DNA of 64,000 nucleotides from Felis catus. Its lineage: Eukaryota. Position numbers and translations under genes: made by a program. Shown in pieces: positions 23,150 to 35,055 of this stretch. The notes beneath the pieces were generated by a model. That model made no database searches and was not told where the DNA came from. It saw only the letters and a list, made by a program, of their open reading frames with translations. Positions within the stretch are counted from its first letter, which is position 1; each line of letters starts with the position of its first letter. The DNA lies in NCBI RefSeq assembly GCF_018350175.1, contig NC_058369.1, forward strand, positions 13,890,001 to 13,954,000. The letters are read 5' to 3'.

Positions 23150-24060
23150 CGTTCCCTCGCTTTACTTAACGGCACGGTCTGGGTAGGGCACCAGAAGCGG
23201 GCATGTCGGTCAGTGAATCAGCCCGTCAGAGAGAAGCCAGTGAGCGGCCCCCTTCTGCGTGTGCTTCGCTTAGTTAACGGACAGGATCTCAGCGCTGCGT
23301 GCGGAGGACGGGAAACGGCCGGCCGCTCTCCCTGTCCAGCTGCCTGCAGTGGGAAGTGGGGGCCCGGGCCGCAGGGTCCCCACCGCCGGCAGCCCCGCCC
23401 TCCTCCTGTGGTAGCCGCTCCGCAGCTGTGCAGACGAGCTCTTAACACTTGTTAACCCCGAGTCTCCAGTCTCTTCCTCCTCCCCCGCCCCTTTCCCATT
23501 CCTCTCCAGAGAGGACGGCTCAGGATTCGCAGAACTCATCCCCCACGGCTACGAGAGCGCTTCCCTAGCCTTCCTCCTCAGCGGAGCGGGTTTTGGGGCA
23601 CAGCCAGCGGGGTTTCAGACCCCGAGCAGCCGAGGGGCCGATTGCTTCGCGCACACCGCCTCGCCGCACACTGAAAATATTGTGATTCGGGAGGAAGTAA
23701 CCGGCACCTTTGGGGAATCGCAGACCTTTCCTGTGAGGGAAGCAGCTTCCGGAATTGAACAGCTCAGCCTGGAGGAAATCTTGAGGGGTGGACCTTTGGG
23801 CTTTTAAAGGCCTCCAGGGGGGTCACCCGAGTTGAGGCCGAAGATGTTTTCTAACGCCACAACTGCAGAATTCCACAGGGGTCAAAGACGGATCGGCCGG
23901 GAGCCGGAGCGGGCTGGGCTGCATATCCGGAGAGCCCTCCTCTCAACGGGATGTTAGAATTTGAAGCAGCCTGCTGAAGGAAGCAGAGCAGAGAGACGTG
24001 ATCACCGGAATCTTCCGAGACCGGAGCCCAGAGTAGGGCACTCTCCCAAGGCGGGGTTTA
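23150..24060. promoter_or_regulatory. Intronic CpG-rich island in KLHL26 intron 1
   Basis: Visibly elevated CpG density, no recognisable repeat, and ETS-type cores (GGAAGT, CTTCCGG). Confidence 0.5.
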
Positions 24061-24808
24061 CGGGGTGGCACTGTGTCCCTTGAGCCTCAGGCTCAAGGGA
24101 CACAGTGGGCCCCACGGGACGGGGGGGTACGGGAGCCCCACTGAGGATCCCCGAGGCAGCCTCCACATGGACAACTTACAGGACTGTGTTTCAAAGTGGT
24201 AACCACGTGCTGGCCTTGGTGAAGTCTGGTGGGTCCCTGGAGGGCATCTCTCGCTCCCTGTTCTCCCCTCCTCTGTCCTGCAAGGGGGTAAGGCAGGGCA
24301 GCTGGGAGCACACGAATGTTCATGCTCCACGTGAGTCACCTGCAGCAGCAATGGGTGGTGTTTTTCTTGCCGAGGCTGATGGCCTCGCATCGCCCTGCAG
24401 CTCCAGCCTTAGGCTTGCCGCCAGCATCTTAGCATTTAGAGTTGCTGAACTTTCCCAGTGGGGGCCACGGGTGGCTTGCTGACCTTTCGTGGGGAGCCAG
24501 CTGTCTTGTCACAGGCAGACAGGACTCAGGCTGAGTATGGCCACTACCCACTTGCTGCCAATTGCCCGGGTTGGACTTCCTCAACGCCCCAGGCTCCTCC
24601 CATCCCCCCCCGGGGTGGGAAGATTAAATGCAGGGTAGGGAGAGGCAGCAGCTGGAGAAGTGTTAATTCCATGGTGGTTTTCTTAGAGGCTCATCTGCAA
24701 TGTGGTGGACAGGAGCCCTGGATCAGAGATTTCTGACGTCGAAAGCCCCCTTTGGTTATGAAGTCTAGAAACTCAACTCTCTGCCTTCAATTAGAAAATG
24801 AAAGTTCA

Positions 24809-25065
24809 GGGGCGCCTGGGTGGCTCAGCCAGTTGAGCGTCTAACCCTCGATTTCGGCTCAGGTCATGATCCTGGGGTTGTGGGATCGTGTGCTGCATCG
24901 GGCTCCGTGCTGAGCATGGGGCCTGCTTAGGATTCTCTGTCTCTCTCTGTTTCTCTCTCTCCTCCCTTCCCCTCTGCCCCTCTCCCCTGCTTGCATGTGC
25001 TCTCTCTCTTTCTCTAAAAGAAAAAAAAAATTAAATAGATAATAAAGTGTTCCATTAAAAAAAAG
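24809..25065 (+). mobile_element. Can-SINE, sense to KLHL26
   Basis: ggggcgcctgggtggctcag head and (CT)n. The A-rich tail contains AATAAA at 25041-25046. Confidence 0.88.
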
Positions 25066-26407
25066 AAAAGCTCACTGTTCACATAAAGAAACGTTCAGAG
25101 AGAGTTCTAGTTTTAGGTACACTGAGATTCAGGGCTCAGACGATTCCCTTGGAATCTGTGACTCCTTTCTCTCAGCCCTGCCTTCCCTCCCGCTCCCCAC
25201 TATCCTAGCAATCACAGGGGGAAGGCAAATCTCCATTCTGGTGGCTCCAGCAAAAGTCCCAGGGAGGATTCTGATTGGATCACATGGGTCACACCCCCAT
25301 CCTGGCACCAATCAGTGTAGGCAGGGATCTGGGAGGCTCTAATTGGTCATCACTCTCCCTTTTCAGCCCAGGGATAGGGTCTCCTGATTCCTACCACGGG
25401 GGAATAGGAGGCTCCCTGAGGAAAACAGGAAACCCTTATCTGAAGAGGGGAGGGATGTTGGCACCCCCTAAAATGGAGGTATTCATGACAGGCTCCTTCT
25501 GCTGCCTAAATTTGTGCTGCTGTTGGAAGGACTAGGCTGAGCCATCTCCATGTCTGCATCTGCCTGTGTCTGGCCTAGCACCACTGGTCATGAGCATGTG
25601 CCATTTGGCAGAACTGTCCCTTTTAGGGCCTTAACACCTGCCCTGCCAGGGGAGGTGGTTGGGCTGGCACTGAGATGCTGGGGTTTGGCAGTGCTAGAAT
25701 CTCACTGGGCTTTTGAGTGGTGCTTTGGGGCCATGTAGCCATGGACCTACTTGCCTGATCTGCAGAGGTTTTGCTTATTTAAGTGGCTCCATCGTCAAGC
25801 CCAGTGTGGTGGGGGTAATATGTGGGGGGGGGGATGGGCCCTGACTGGGATCAGCCTTGTGTCAGTGGGCGGGAACGAAATGGGCATAGCCTCAACCTGA
25901 GACTTGTCCACGAGTCTGCCCCTGCTGCCCCTCACCTGGAGGCCCTGGCTGGGCTTTGAGGCGAAAGGGAGGCTGTGGAGAACCCCGGCTGGGGCGCGAG
26001 GGCAAACATGGCCATGGGGAGACCTTCTACTTTCAGAAGGCGGGAGGGTAATGTGCCAGAGTGCATGGAAGAGTTGGTGGACTTGGAAGGGTGGTGTAAG
26101 GAGGAGGGTTGGGGGGAGGCAGGAGGAGTCAGCCCTTCAACATGGTGAACAGTATGAGCGGAGTGTGGAGGCCAGACATTCCAGAAAACGTCCTGTTGAG
26201 GGCTTCCTGATTGAGCCCAATCAAAGGATAACATACTCAGTCCCAGAACTAGGACCAGGAGGTTGAATGAATGGGATGAAAAGGGCAGACATATGCAGTA
26301 GCTATCTGCAGCAAGCAAAGATATGAGTCGGGCTCCAGCCAATGCTGCCACCTGGCAGCCATCCACCTGCCACCTCACCAATTCATCTACCTACCTATGC
26401 ACCCACT

Positions 26408-26485
26408 TATCCGTCCATCCATCCATCCATCCATCCATCCATCCATCCATCCACTCATCCACCCACTCAGCCATCCAGCCATCTA
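26408..26485. repeat. (CATC)n tetranucleotide microsatellite with degenerate flanks
   Basis: Visible directly. Confidence 0.93.
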
Positions 26486-29400
26486 ACCAATGAGCATGAC
26501 TGAGCTCTGAGCACGTGCTGGGCACGGTGCCAGGTACTGGAACACAGCAGGAGACAGAACCCATCCTGCCCTGCCCTGGTGAGGTTCCTGTTTCGGCCTC
26601 AGGGAGATAGGCTGGGAACAGATGGGTGGTGTGCCCGATGGAGCAATAGTCAGGGGGCAAATAGAGCTGGGTTGGGGGTCAGAGAAGCCTCGGGGCCTGG
26701 ATGGGGCTCTCCCACTCTCCCAGTGACCTGGCAGGATGGGATTACATCCCTTGTAGTGGCTGGAGGATTAGTGGGATAGTCTACACCCTGGCCCTGCCCA
26801 ACACTGAGGAGCCACATCTGGATCTTCCCGCTATCCAGCTCTGTGTTCACGCATGGTTCAGTCCTTAGGGAGTGGTTTCAGCTCTCCCAGCCTTGGTCTC
26901 CCCATCTGTATCATGGAGCTGATACGGGGCAACCCACCTGGGGCTATGGAGTGGCTGACACCAGGCCTCTTGTGTGCTCTGTGGCCTTGGTTGGGTGCCT
27001 GAACCTCTCTGTGCTTCGGTGTCCCCATCTGTAAGATAATAGTGGTATCCTCCTTTCCAAACTGCCTACCGAGAGGTGAGCTGGGAGCCAGGTTTGTACC
27101 TACTCCAGCCCAGTATGGAGTGGGTGCTCACTCACCAGGACAGGGAGGGGCGGAGGTACTGTGAAGGCATAGAGCTTGCAGCTGGTGAGGGGAGTAGGGT
27201 CTGGGCGTCCCCTTTTCTTTTTTCTAGGCTTGAGAAGGGCCAGAATTGGGCAGGTATGGGATCAGAGGGGTGCTGCCCACAGGGTCCTCTGGCCGATCGG
27301 CAGTGGCCAGGTCCCCATGTGTTCTGGGCTCACTCAGAGATTGGGATATGGCCCAGGGTCCAGGCAGGAGGTCACAGCCCAGCTTGAGGGGCACTGGGCT
27401 GACAGCAGCCCATGAAGAATGAGGCTGTGGAGGGCCATGGGGGGCTTAGGCAGGAGAAAGATGGGGATTGATGTTGTTGCCTTACCCCGGTGGGAGGGTG
27501 GGCAGTGTCTGTAGAGTTCTCATCAAGGACCCAGTAAATATTTGGGGAGGCAGGGGTTCATGTGGTTTGTCCCTGTCGTAGAAGGGCAGGATGGCCAAGC
27601 TGTCAGGGCCCGCCTTGAGTAGAACCGGCACTTGAGCGTGGCCACCCCATGCCGGGCTCTGTGCACTTGGAATCGCGGGGGGCTTCCATGTGGGCTTGCG
27701 GGGCTCTGATTGGCAGGCTTGTGCTGTGTGGGGGCAGAACCCAGCCTCTACGCCAAGTCCTGAGGAGTTTACTTCTCTCCCCATGCCGGGCCCTTGGGAG
27801 GTTCAGGATGGTTCTTTCAAGGTGGATGTGGGAACCTCTGCCCCCTTGCCTCGATGACCTCCTCCCCACCTCAGCCTCCCTGGCTGTCACGTGGGGGCTC
27901 TCAGGAGTTGCCAGCCCCAGGGGCCTGCAGGCTGCATGGTCACTTCCTGCTGGGAGCTCCCTGACAACCCCTCTGTTCTGTCACCCTGTTACTGCCTGAC
28001 GAACCCCGACGGACGGGAGGTAAGGATATACACATAGGGAGATGGCTGTGATGGTGATGCCATGAAGAAGGTGAAGTAGGCTGGTGTGGCCTGGGGCTCC
28101 TCTGCAGGGCTCAGGGAGGGCATCTCTACAGGCAACATGCTTCCAGGATGGGCTCACAGTGGGCCTTAGTCATGCCCACCTCTGGTTCTTGGAGGCAGGT
28201 TGGGTAGGGGGCAGTGGGTGAGACCCCATTGGCCTGGTGCACCTGCCCTCCCGGGATACACAGATTTACTCACAGGGTGCACAGATAGTAGGCCTTGGCT
28301 CTGGGCATCGTGTTTTAAATAATTGAAGCAGACATGGGAGAAAAACCAACATGATGACTAGGAGTGAGAAATAAACAACCACTGGTGGCATGGAGAGGGC
28401 CCAGGCTTGGTGGGGGAACGTGGGGCCCGGGGGCCCTGGCTGGATTCCTTCTCTGCCTCTCCAGGTCTCTGTCTCCTTCCCTGGCTGGCTGTCCTCCTCT
28501 GTCTGGGTCTCTGTTCCCTCTCCCTCTGAGTCTTTGTCCCTTCTGGGTCTCTGTTAGTGGTTTGGTGACCTGGCCTGCTGGGACGCTGCAGTGAAGGACC
28601 TGCATCTACCCCTGGGCTCCACGCTTGTCCACCCAGAAGCTCTGGTCTTTTGTCTGCTCCCCTGGGAGCCCAGGGGTCAAGCCTCATGAGACAATTGCGG
28701 GCAGCTCCTTTGGAGCTTATCAGGAAGGGTAGCCCCAGGAATGGGCCTGTTGCCGCCTGAGGGGTGAGGAGGGCGGGCTGGCCTCTGGCGAGCAGTCCCA
28801 GGAGAAAGCTCACTGACGTGAGCATGGAGGCTGCTGGCCAGCCTCAGCATTTGAGGGCCCGTGCAAGGTGCCAAAACACGGTGACTCTATCCTTTGGGCT
28901 GGGAGCACAGTACCCGGAGCTGTGAAATATTGTGGGAACCATGGCAACAGTAGCTGGGGGCGTCTGCCTTTGTGGGGCATGTGGGACTCTGGCTTAGATG
29001 CACTTTTTACCCACGGAGCTGCATGTCCAGGAGCCGGTGCCGTGGCCTTGGCAGTCGGCAGGCTGCGGTATAGCAAGAAGCTGGAGTCGCCTGCGACTAC
29101 ATTTGCGCACAGGGCTGTGCTGGGCCTCAGTTTCCCTGTCTTGAAGGGAGATTCATGAGGTTGCGTGTGAAGAACCCGGCCCGGCATGTGCTCAGTCAGT
29201 GGGCCTGCCTTGTAAAGAGTCAGAGGTGGATGGGAGAGAGAAGGCAGAGAAGTTTCCAGTATGGCTGGAGGACGGGGGGTAAGGGAGGGTGTTGTGTGAA
29301 ATAGGGCAGAGAGGTGGACCAGCTGGCCGCCAGAGCTTCCCCAACACTACCCCCCCCCCCGCCCCGCCCTGGGTTCTGTCTCCCTCTCTGGGTCTCTATT

Positions 29401-32400
29401 CCACCCCACCCCCCACAAGTCTCCTTCTCCCCTTCATTCTGGGTCTTTGTCCCCCTCTCTGAGTCTCTGTCCCCCTCTCTCCTGTGAAATGCAGCATCTT
29501 CCCTGCTGACGCACCCGGGACCCTCGGGCGGAGTGGCCTGCAGCTCCCTGGTACGTCGTCGGCCGGGGTGTGAGCCAACCAGCTGTGCTGTGCTGCTGCG
29601 CTCTATGGAGCCACATGGACAATAAAACCGAAATTGGCTTTGAAAGTGGAAGTGCTCTCCGTTTTGAGGGGAAGTGAGGGAATTTGCATGTCAGAACAGT
29701 ATGTTAAAGGGGCAATACCGTCAGACTCTGTTCTGGCCCGAGCTTTGGGCTCCATGTGGGGGTGGGAAAGGATTTTACAAAACCCCAAAGAAATGTTTCC
29801 ATGAAATTCTTTCTTGTTCTTGCCTTTCCTTTCCTTTTTTTTTTTTTTTTTTTTTTGACATTCCAATGAAAAGAACTGTTCCGGGGCTTCAGATCTCTCC
29901 TGTAGGGTCGGGAAACCAACTACGGGGACCAGGGCCAGCAGCCAGATGAGGGCAGGAGTTGGGGAGCACCCACCCCACCGGGTGTCACTTCCAGGGCAGC
30001 CCCCACGTCCGCTGTGGGGCCCTGTCAGTGGGGCGTGGGGACGGCAGTTGGTGTGGTCCTGCCTTCCCCACTTGGCCATCTTGTCTTGGGTTGGGTCCCC
30101 CTAAAACAGACTCTCAAACAAGGATTCCAGCCCGTGATGTATTCTGGGGGTGACCCCACGAAGGACTGCTCTGTGTGGGGAAGGAGACCACACGGGGGTA
30201 TGTCAGCAAGGAGCTGGGGACGAGGTGGGCAAAGGGCTTGGCTGGCCGTGGACCCCCAGGGGATTGTGGAGATCTTGCCACAGATAGTCCACCTGGGGTC
30301 GTCACCCTGCCCGGTCCCACTTTACATTAGCCCTGGTGTAGGGGAGACTCCAAGGGAGGCAGTGGCTGTGTCCCCGTGTCCGGTACAGGCCTAGGCCTGG
30401 CCAGAGGTGCCCAGTGACAGTGCTGGGGGATGCAGTGTGGGAGTATGGGGTCAGGACAGCCCTGAGCTCAGGCCAGGCCTGAGGGGGGCATGTGTAGCCC
30501 CTCAGAGGCCAGATCCAGGCCAAGGGTGCAGCTGGGGCGGCAGTAAGCGGCCTCCAGAGACATCCTGACCCGGCTGCTGACGCATTGGCTCCGATGACTC
30601 AGTGCGGGTGACCGTGGCTCGGGTGGCCGTCTGGAGACTCGGACAGGCTCAGGGCCGCCGCCGCCGCCTTCCTGGGGGCCCGTGGCCCCGCCGCGCCGGC
30701 CGCCCCCTGTCTGGGCTGGCCTGAGTAATGGGTCCTACCCTTAGTCATCGGTCCCAGGCCTCAGCCCTCCCTCCTCCTCCTGCCCACCTCCGCCCAGCCG
30801 AGCCTGTCTGTCCTGGGGACTCCAGCTCTTGCTGGCTTTCTCCCTCCTTCCCCGAACTCCCCAGAGGCTGTGAGGTGTGTGTGGTGGGTGCTGATGGGGG
30901 CTTCAGGGACAGCTGTGCCATCTATGAGATGAGAGGGGGGAAACAGCCTTGGAGGGTACTGTGAGCCTTGCCAGGGGCATGAGGAGAAGGGCCTGGAGGA
31001 GGACGAGGTGTGTGCAGAAAGGGGCCGTTTCTCCCCCATTCAGCACAGCTCAGGTGTCATACCCTGTAAGCAGCTGTGCGGTGGGCTTGGTCGGGGGCTC
31101 TGGGCTAACTCCTGTGTAGGACCATTTTAATGCTTGAGGTGCACGCGGACTCTGTGCTCAGCTGAGGGCAGCCCTTTGTCAGAAGGTCCAACAATTCTTC
31201 ATACCCCTTTGGAAGGTGTTTAGCTGGTTTCTCATCTGTGGCCCCCAGAGACGGTATTTGGTGAATATCCTCCTGCGTCCCTCATCTTGCACATGTAAGT
31301 ATATCTCAGATAAATCCCAGAAGCAGAGTTGCTGGGTCAAGGACGTGAGCCTTTAGAATTTTGCTAGGTCTGTTGAACTGCCTTCCTGGGTGTTGTTTCA
31401 CTTCACATTCCCACTGGGAACTGATGTGAGTGTTTGCGACCAGACACAATGCTTCTGCTCACATGAAGGGTGAAGCCGGTCCCTTGCTGTGTGCACGTAT
31501 TTTATCGTGAGCCCTTCTGACTCTTAGGTCTCTCCAGCCAGCTGTGCTTCCTTTCCCATGAACCATCCTTTGTGCATCTTTCTGTGAGGTTGCTGACTTT
31601 GTATTGATTTTTTGGTGCTCTTTATATACGAAGAACCATAGTAGATAATGTACGGTCAGGAACCGACCAGTTCCAGGATGAACTTGCCCCTGGTGTGAAA
31701 TCTTTCTTCTGCTGGAAGCATGCATTGGCACGACAATTCTTAGGGCCTAGAGGAAGCACACAAAGTCCTTTTGCCCTACCGCACAATCTCCCAGCAGCTT
31801 CTAAGAAAAAAATGAAGCGTGACAGCAAAGGCTGGGGTAGGGGCACACATGTACAAAGTCGGTGAGGCAAGGTGTCCACAGAGTGGCACTGCCATCCCCG
31901 GGGCTGCCCCTAGCTGCTGAGTGTGAGTCTGTGTCTCGACATAGTCCCTGTTCACACGCGTGGTGAAGTTGGAGACGCGCCTCTTCTCCACTCCCTGGCC
32001 CTGGGAGGGAGGCTCTGAGGGGTCACACCAGCTATCCCTGACCCCTGGGCCACTCTGCTCCACAGAGAGGTAGAGTGCTTGGCCCCAGGCCAGAGGGCCC
32101 TGTGGTGTGGGGAAAGGCGGTTCCCTGTGCTGTCTGGGCCCCAGGGGCTCCAGGGAGAGGGTTGGCTTCTCAGGACAGGCCTTTTGTGGAAGCTGGGACT
32201 TTGGGGCCAACCCCCAGGATGCGGCCCAGCCCTCTGCTCCAAGGGAGAGGCTGGGTGTCCCTGTGTTAACTGTGGGTGTGGTGGGGCTAGGGGCACCCTA
32301 TCCTCTGCACATCTCTGCTGCAGGCTCCTGTCCCCTCCCCAGCTGTGAGGTACTCAGAGCTGCAGTGCGAAGCTGATTCTGGACGGTTCGACCACTTTGG

Positions 32401-33964
32401 GTCTCCATTCCCCAGACTGTGCACCCAGTGAGGGCAAGCCCTCTCCATCTTGTTCATTCTGTATGGTCCCTGCCACCAGAAAGGGACAAGGGGCTGACAG
32501 GCCAGTGAGGTGAGAGGAGGGTCAGGGGAAGGGTGCACGGATCTGAGCACCTCAAGGGTCCTTAGAGGCTCATGCAGCATGTGGCCTTGGAGGATGTCAG
32601 TGAGAAGGCACAGTGAGACCCCATCGGGCAGCCCTGGCCAGAGGATGGCCGCACTTTGAAGCCGGTGGATCTGTGAGCCAGTGACATTCTCTTTGTGATC
32701 CTCAGAACTTGGGGCCACTGTGGGGTCTCGGGAAACTGGAAGAACAGAGACTTGAAGTCCCAGCGGCGGCCTGGTCAGGCACGACGGGCTAGATGTAGCA
32801 ATGTGGGAGGGGCACAGGGCATGTGACACGGGCATCCCTTCGACCTGGCAGAGAGAGGTGGCCAGACCAAGCTAGAGACTTGGGGTCTTTCTGGGCCCCT
32901 TTCCTTCCCTCCCTCTGTGGCCTTCAGCGGGGCTGCGTGTCAAACCTCGCAGGCAAACCCAGGGTCTGGCCACGGGCACCACCGGCATCCCAGCATTACC
33001 AGCCCAGATGACCGTGGTGCTGGGTTCTGAAACATGCGTTCCCTCCTCCCGGGATGGGAAAGCCTTCTGCCAAGTGCAGACCATGTCCCCCAGACTTGTC
33101 CTGTATCCCCTCCACTTCCCCTTGTCCTCCCTGCCGTGTCCCATGTCCCCTATGCTGTGTCTTATGTCCCTTTCTCCCACACACCGGGTCCCAAAGGTCT
33201 GGGACCTTGCAGGCCTATTGCCAGCACCCCGGGGCCCTGCAACCCCTTGGTTGGTTTGCCTCCCTTTCCTGAGGCTCTCTTGGAAGGGCCACTGAGGCTG
33301 GTAGCCTGTGCCAGGGCAGAGGCCTCCAGTTGGTAGCAGTTGCATTGATCGAGTGCTGACAGTATGCCCCGTGCTGGGCATCTGCTCTTTTATCCGTGGT
33401 ATTGTTTGGGGAGCTGCTGGACAGTGGGGGCTGAGGAGCCTTCTTTCTCCTGCTTTCTTGGAAAGACCAGTGCCCACATTCCTGGCCCTCATTTGTGGGC
33501 AGGCGTTAGTCCCAGGAATGGGAAAGCAAGTTCCAGAGAGCTGGGGGCCTTGGGGAGAGAGCAGAATACTTGGCCTTGCCTTGGGGTGGGTGGGGTGAAG
33601 CATGGGTTGGGAGAGTCCTGGCAGGGGTTCTTGACCCTACAGGGGCCTGACCCTGGAGGTGATGGCATTATTCCCTCCTGTTAATGTTTGGGAGGTGAAA
33701 TGATGTAGTAGGGCCGCCTAAGCCATTCATTCTTTAATGCATTGAACAAGTTTTCTAAGATGAGACGGCAGAGGGGACAGTGATGCTGGAAGGGAGGGGA
33801 TGTGGGGGTGAATGAAGCAGTGATCCTTGTATACTGTGGAGGTGCTGGTGGTTACGGCAGGGTTTTATGCAGGACCTGAGAAGGCCCAGATGTCCTTTTG
33901 TTTATTTTTATTTATTTATTTAAACTTTATGAGAAATTCACATAACCTAAAATCTACCATTTTA

Positions 33965-34644
33965 ATTAAAAAAATTTTTTTTAACGTTTATTTATTTTTG
34001 AGACAGAGAGAGACAGAGCATGAACGGGGGAGGGGCAGAGAGAGAGGGAGACACAGAATCTGAAACAGGCTCCAGGCTCTGAGCGGTCAGCACAGAGCCC
34101 GACGCGGAGCTCGAACTCATGGACCGTGAGATCGTGACCTGAGCTGAAGTCGGCCGCTTAACTGACGGAGCCACCCAGGCACCCCATTAATTTTTTTTTT
34201 TAATTATCTTGGGGGCAGGGAGGGAGAGGGAGAGGCAGAGAGAGGGGGAGACAGAGAATCCCAAGCAGTCTCTACAATGTCAGTGCAGAGCCCAGTGCAG
34301 GGCTTGAACCCATGAACCATGAGATCATGACCCAAGCCGAAACCAAGAGTCGGATGCTTGACAGACTGAGCCACCCAGGTGCCCCAAATCCACCATTTTA
34401 TTTTATTTATTTATTAAAAAAATTTTTTTAACCGTTTATTTACTTTTGAGAGAGAGAGAGAGAGAGACAGAGACAGAGCACAAGCAGGGGAGGGGCAGAG
34501 AGAGAGGGAGACACAGAATCTGAAACAGGCTCCAGGCTCCGAGCTGTCAGTATAGAGCCTGACATGGGGCTCGAACCCACAAACTGCGAGATCATGACCT
34601 GAGCCGAAGTCGGACGCTCAACCAACTGACCACCCAGGCGCCCC
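33965..34644 (-). mobile_element. Three antisense Can-SINEs (~33965-34165, 34170-34385, 34401-34644) inside an L1 fragment
   Basis: Three reverse-complement heads. The target sequence AAATCYACCATTTTA occurs three times. Confidence 0.9.
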
Positions 34645-34659
34645 CCAAATCCACCATTT

Positions 34660-35055
34660 TAAAATGCACAATTCAGTGGCATTTAGTGCACTCGCATTGT
34701 TGTGCAAACATCACCTCTAACTTGTTCCAGAACAATTCCATCACCTCAAAACGAGACCTGTGCCCATCAGCAGTCATCCCCCATACGCCTGACGCCCAGC
34801 CCCTGGCAACAACTAATCTGCTTTCTGTGTCTATGGATTTGCTTGTTCTGGACTTTTTATACAAAAGGAATCCTCCAGTTTATGACTCTGTGTGACTGGC
34901 TTCTTTCACTCAGTGTCATGTTTTTGAGGTTCGTCCACGTTGTAGCGTGATTCAGCTTCATTCCTTTTTGTGACTGAGTAATATTCCATTGTGTGGATGG
35001 CCACATTTTGTTTCTCCATTTGCCCTTTGGTGGACCTTTGGGTTGTTTCCACCTC
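34660..35055 (-). mobile_element. Old L1 3' fragment (antisense)
   Basis: cccagcccctggcaacaactaatctgctttctgtgtctatggattt...gactggcttctttcactcag...gagtaatattccattgtgtggatg. Confidence 0.82.

Noticed and set aside
23879..23926. GSKTDRPGAGAGWAAY, resembling the DGSK...GAG motif of non-LTR retrotransposon RNase H
   Set aside because: Lacks the catalytic Asp, is flanked by stops, and has no supporting RT or RNase H context. Probably coincidental; an HMM search would settle it.
27961..28026. Possible recursive splice site or micro-exon at GAG|GTAAGG (28020)
   Set aside because: Good donor, but no properly positioned pyrimidine tract and acceptor.
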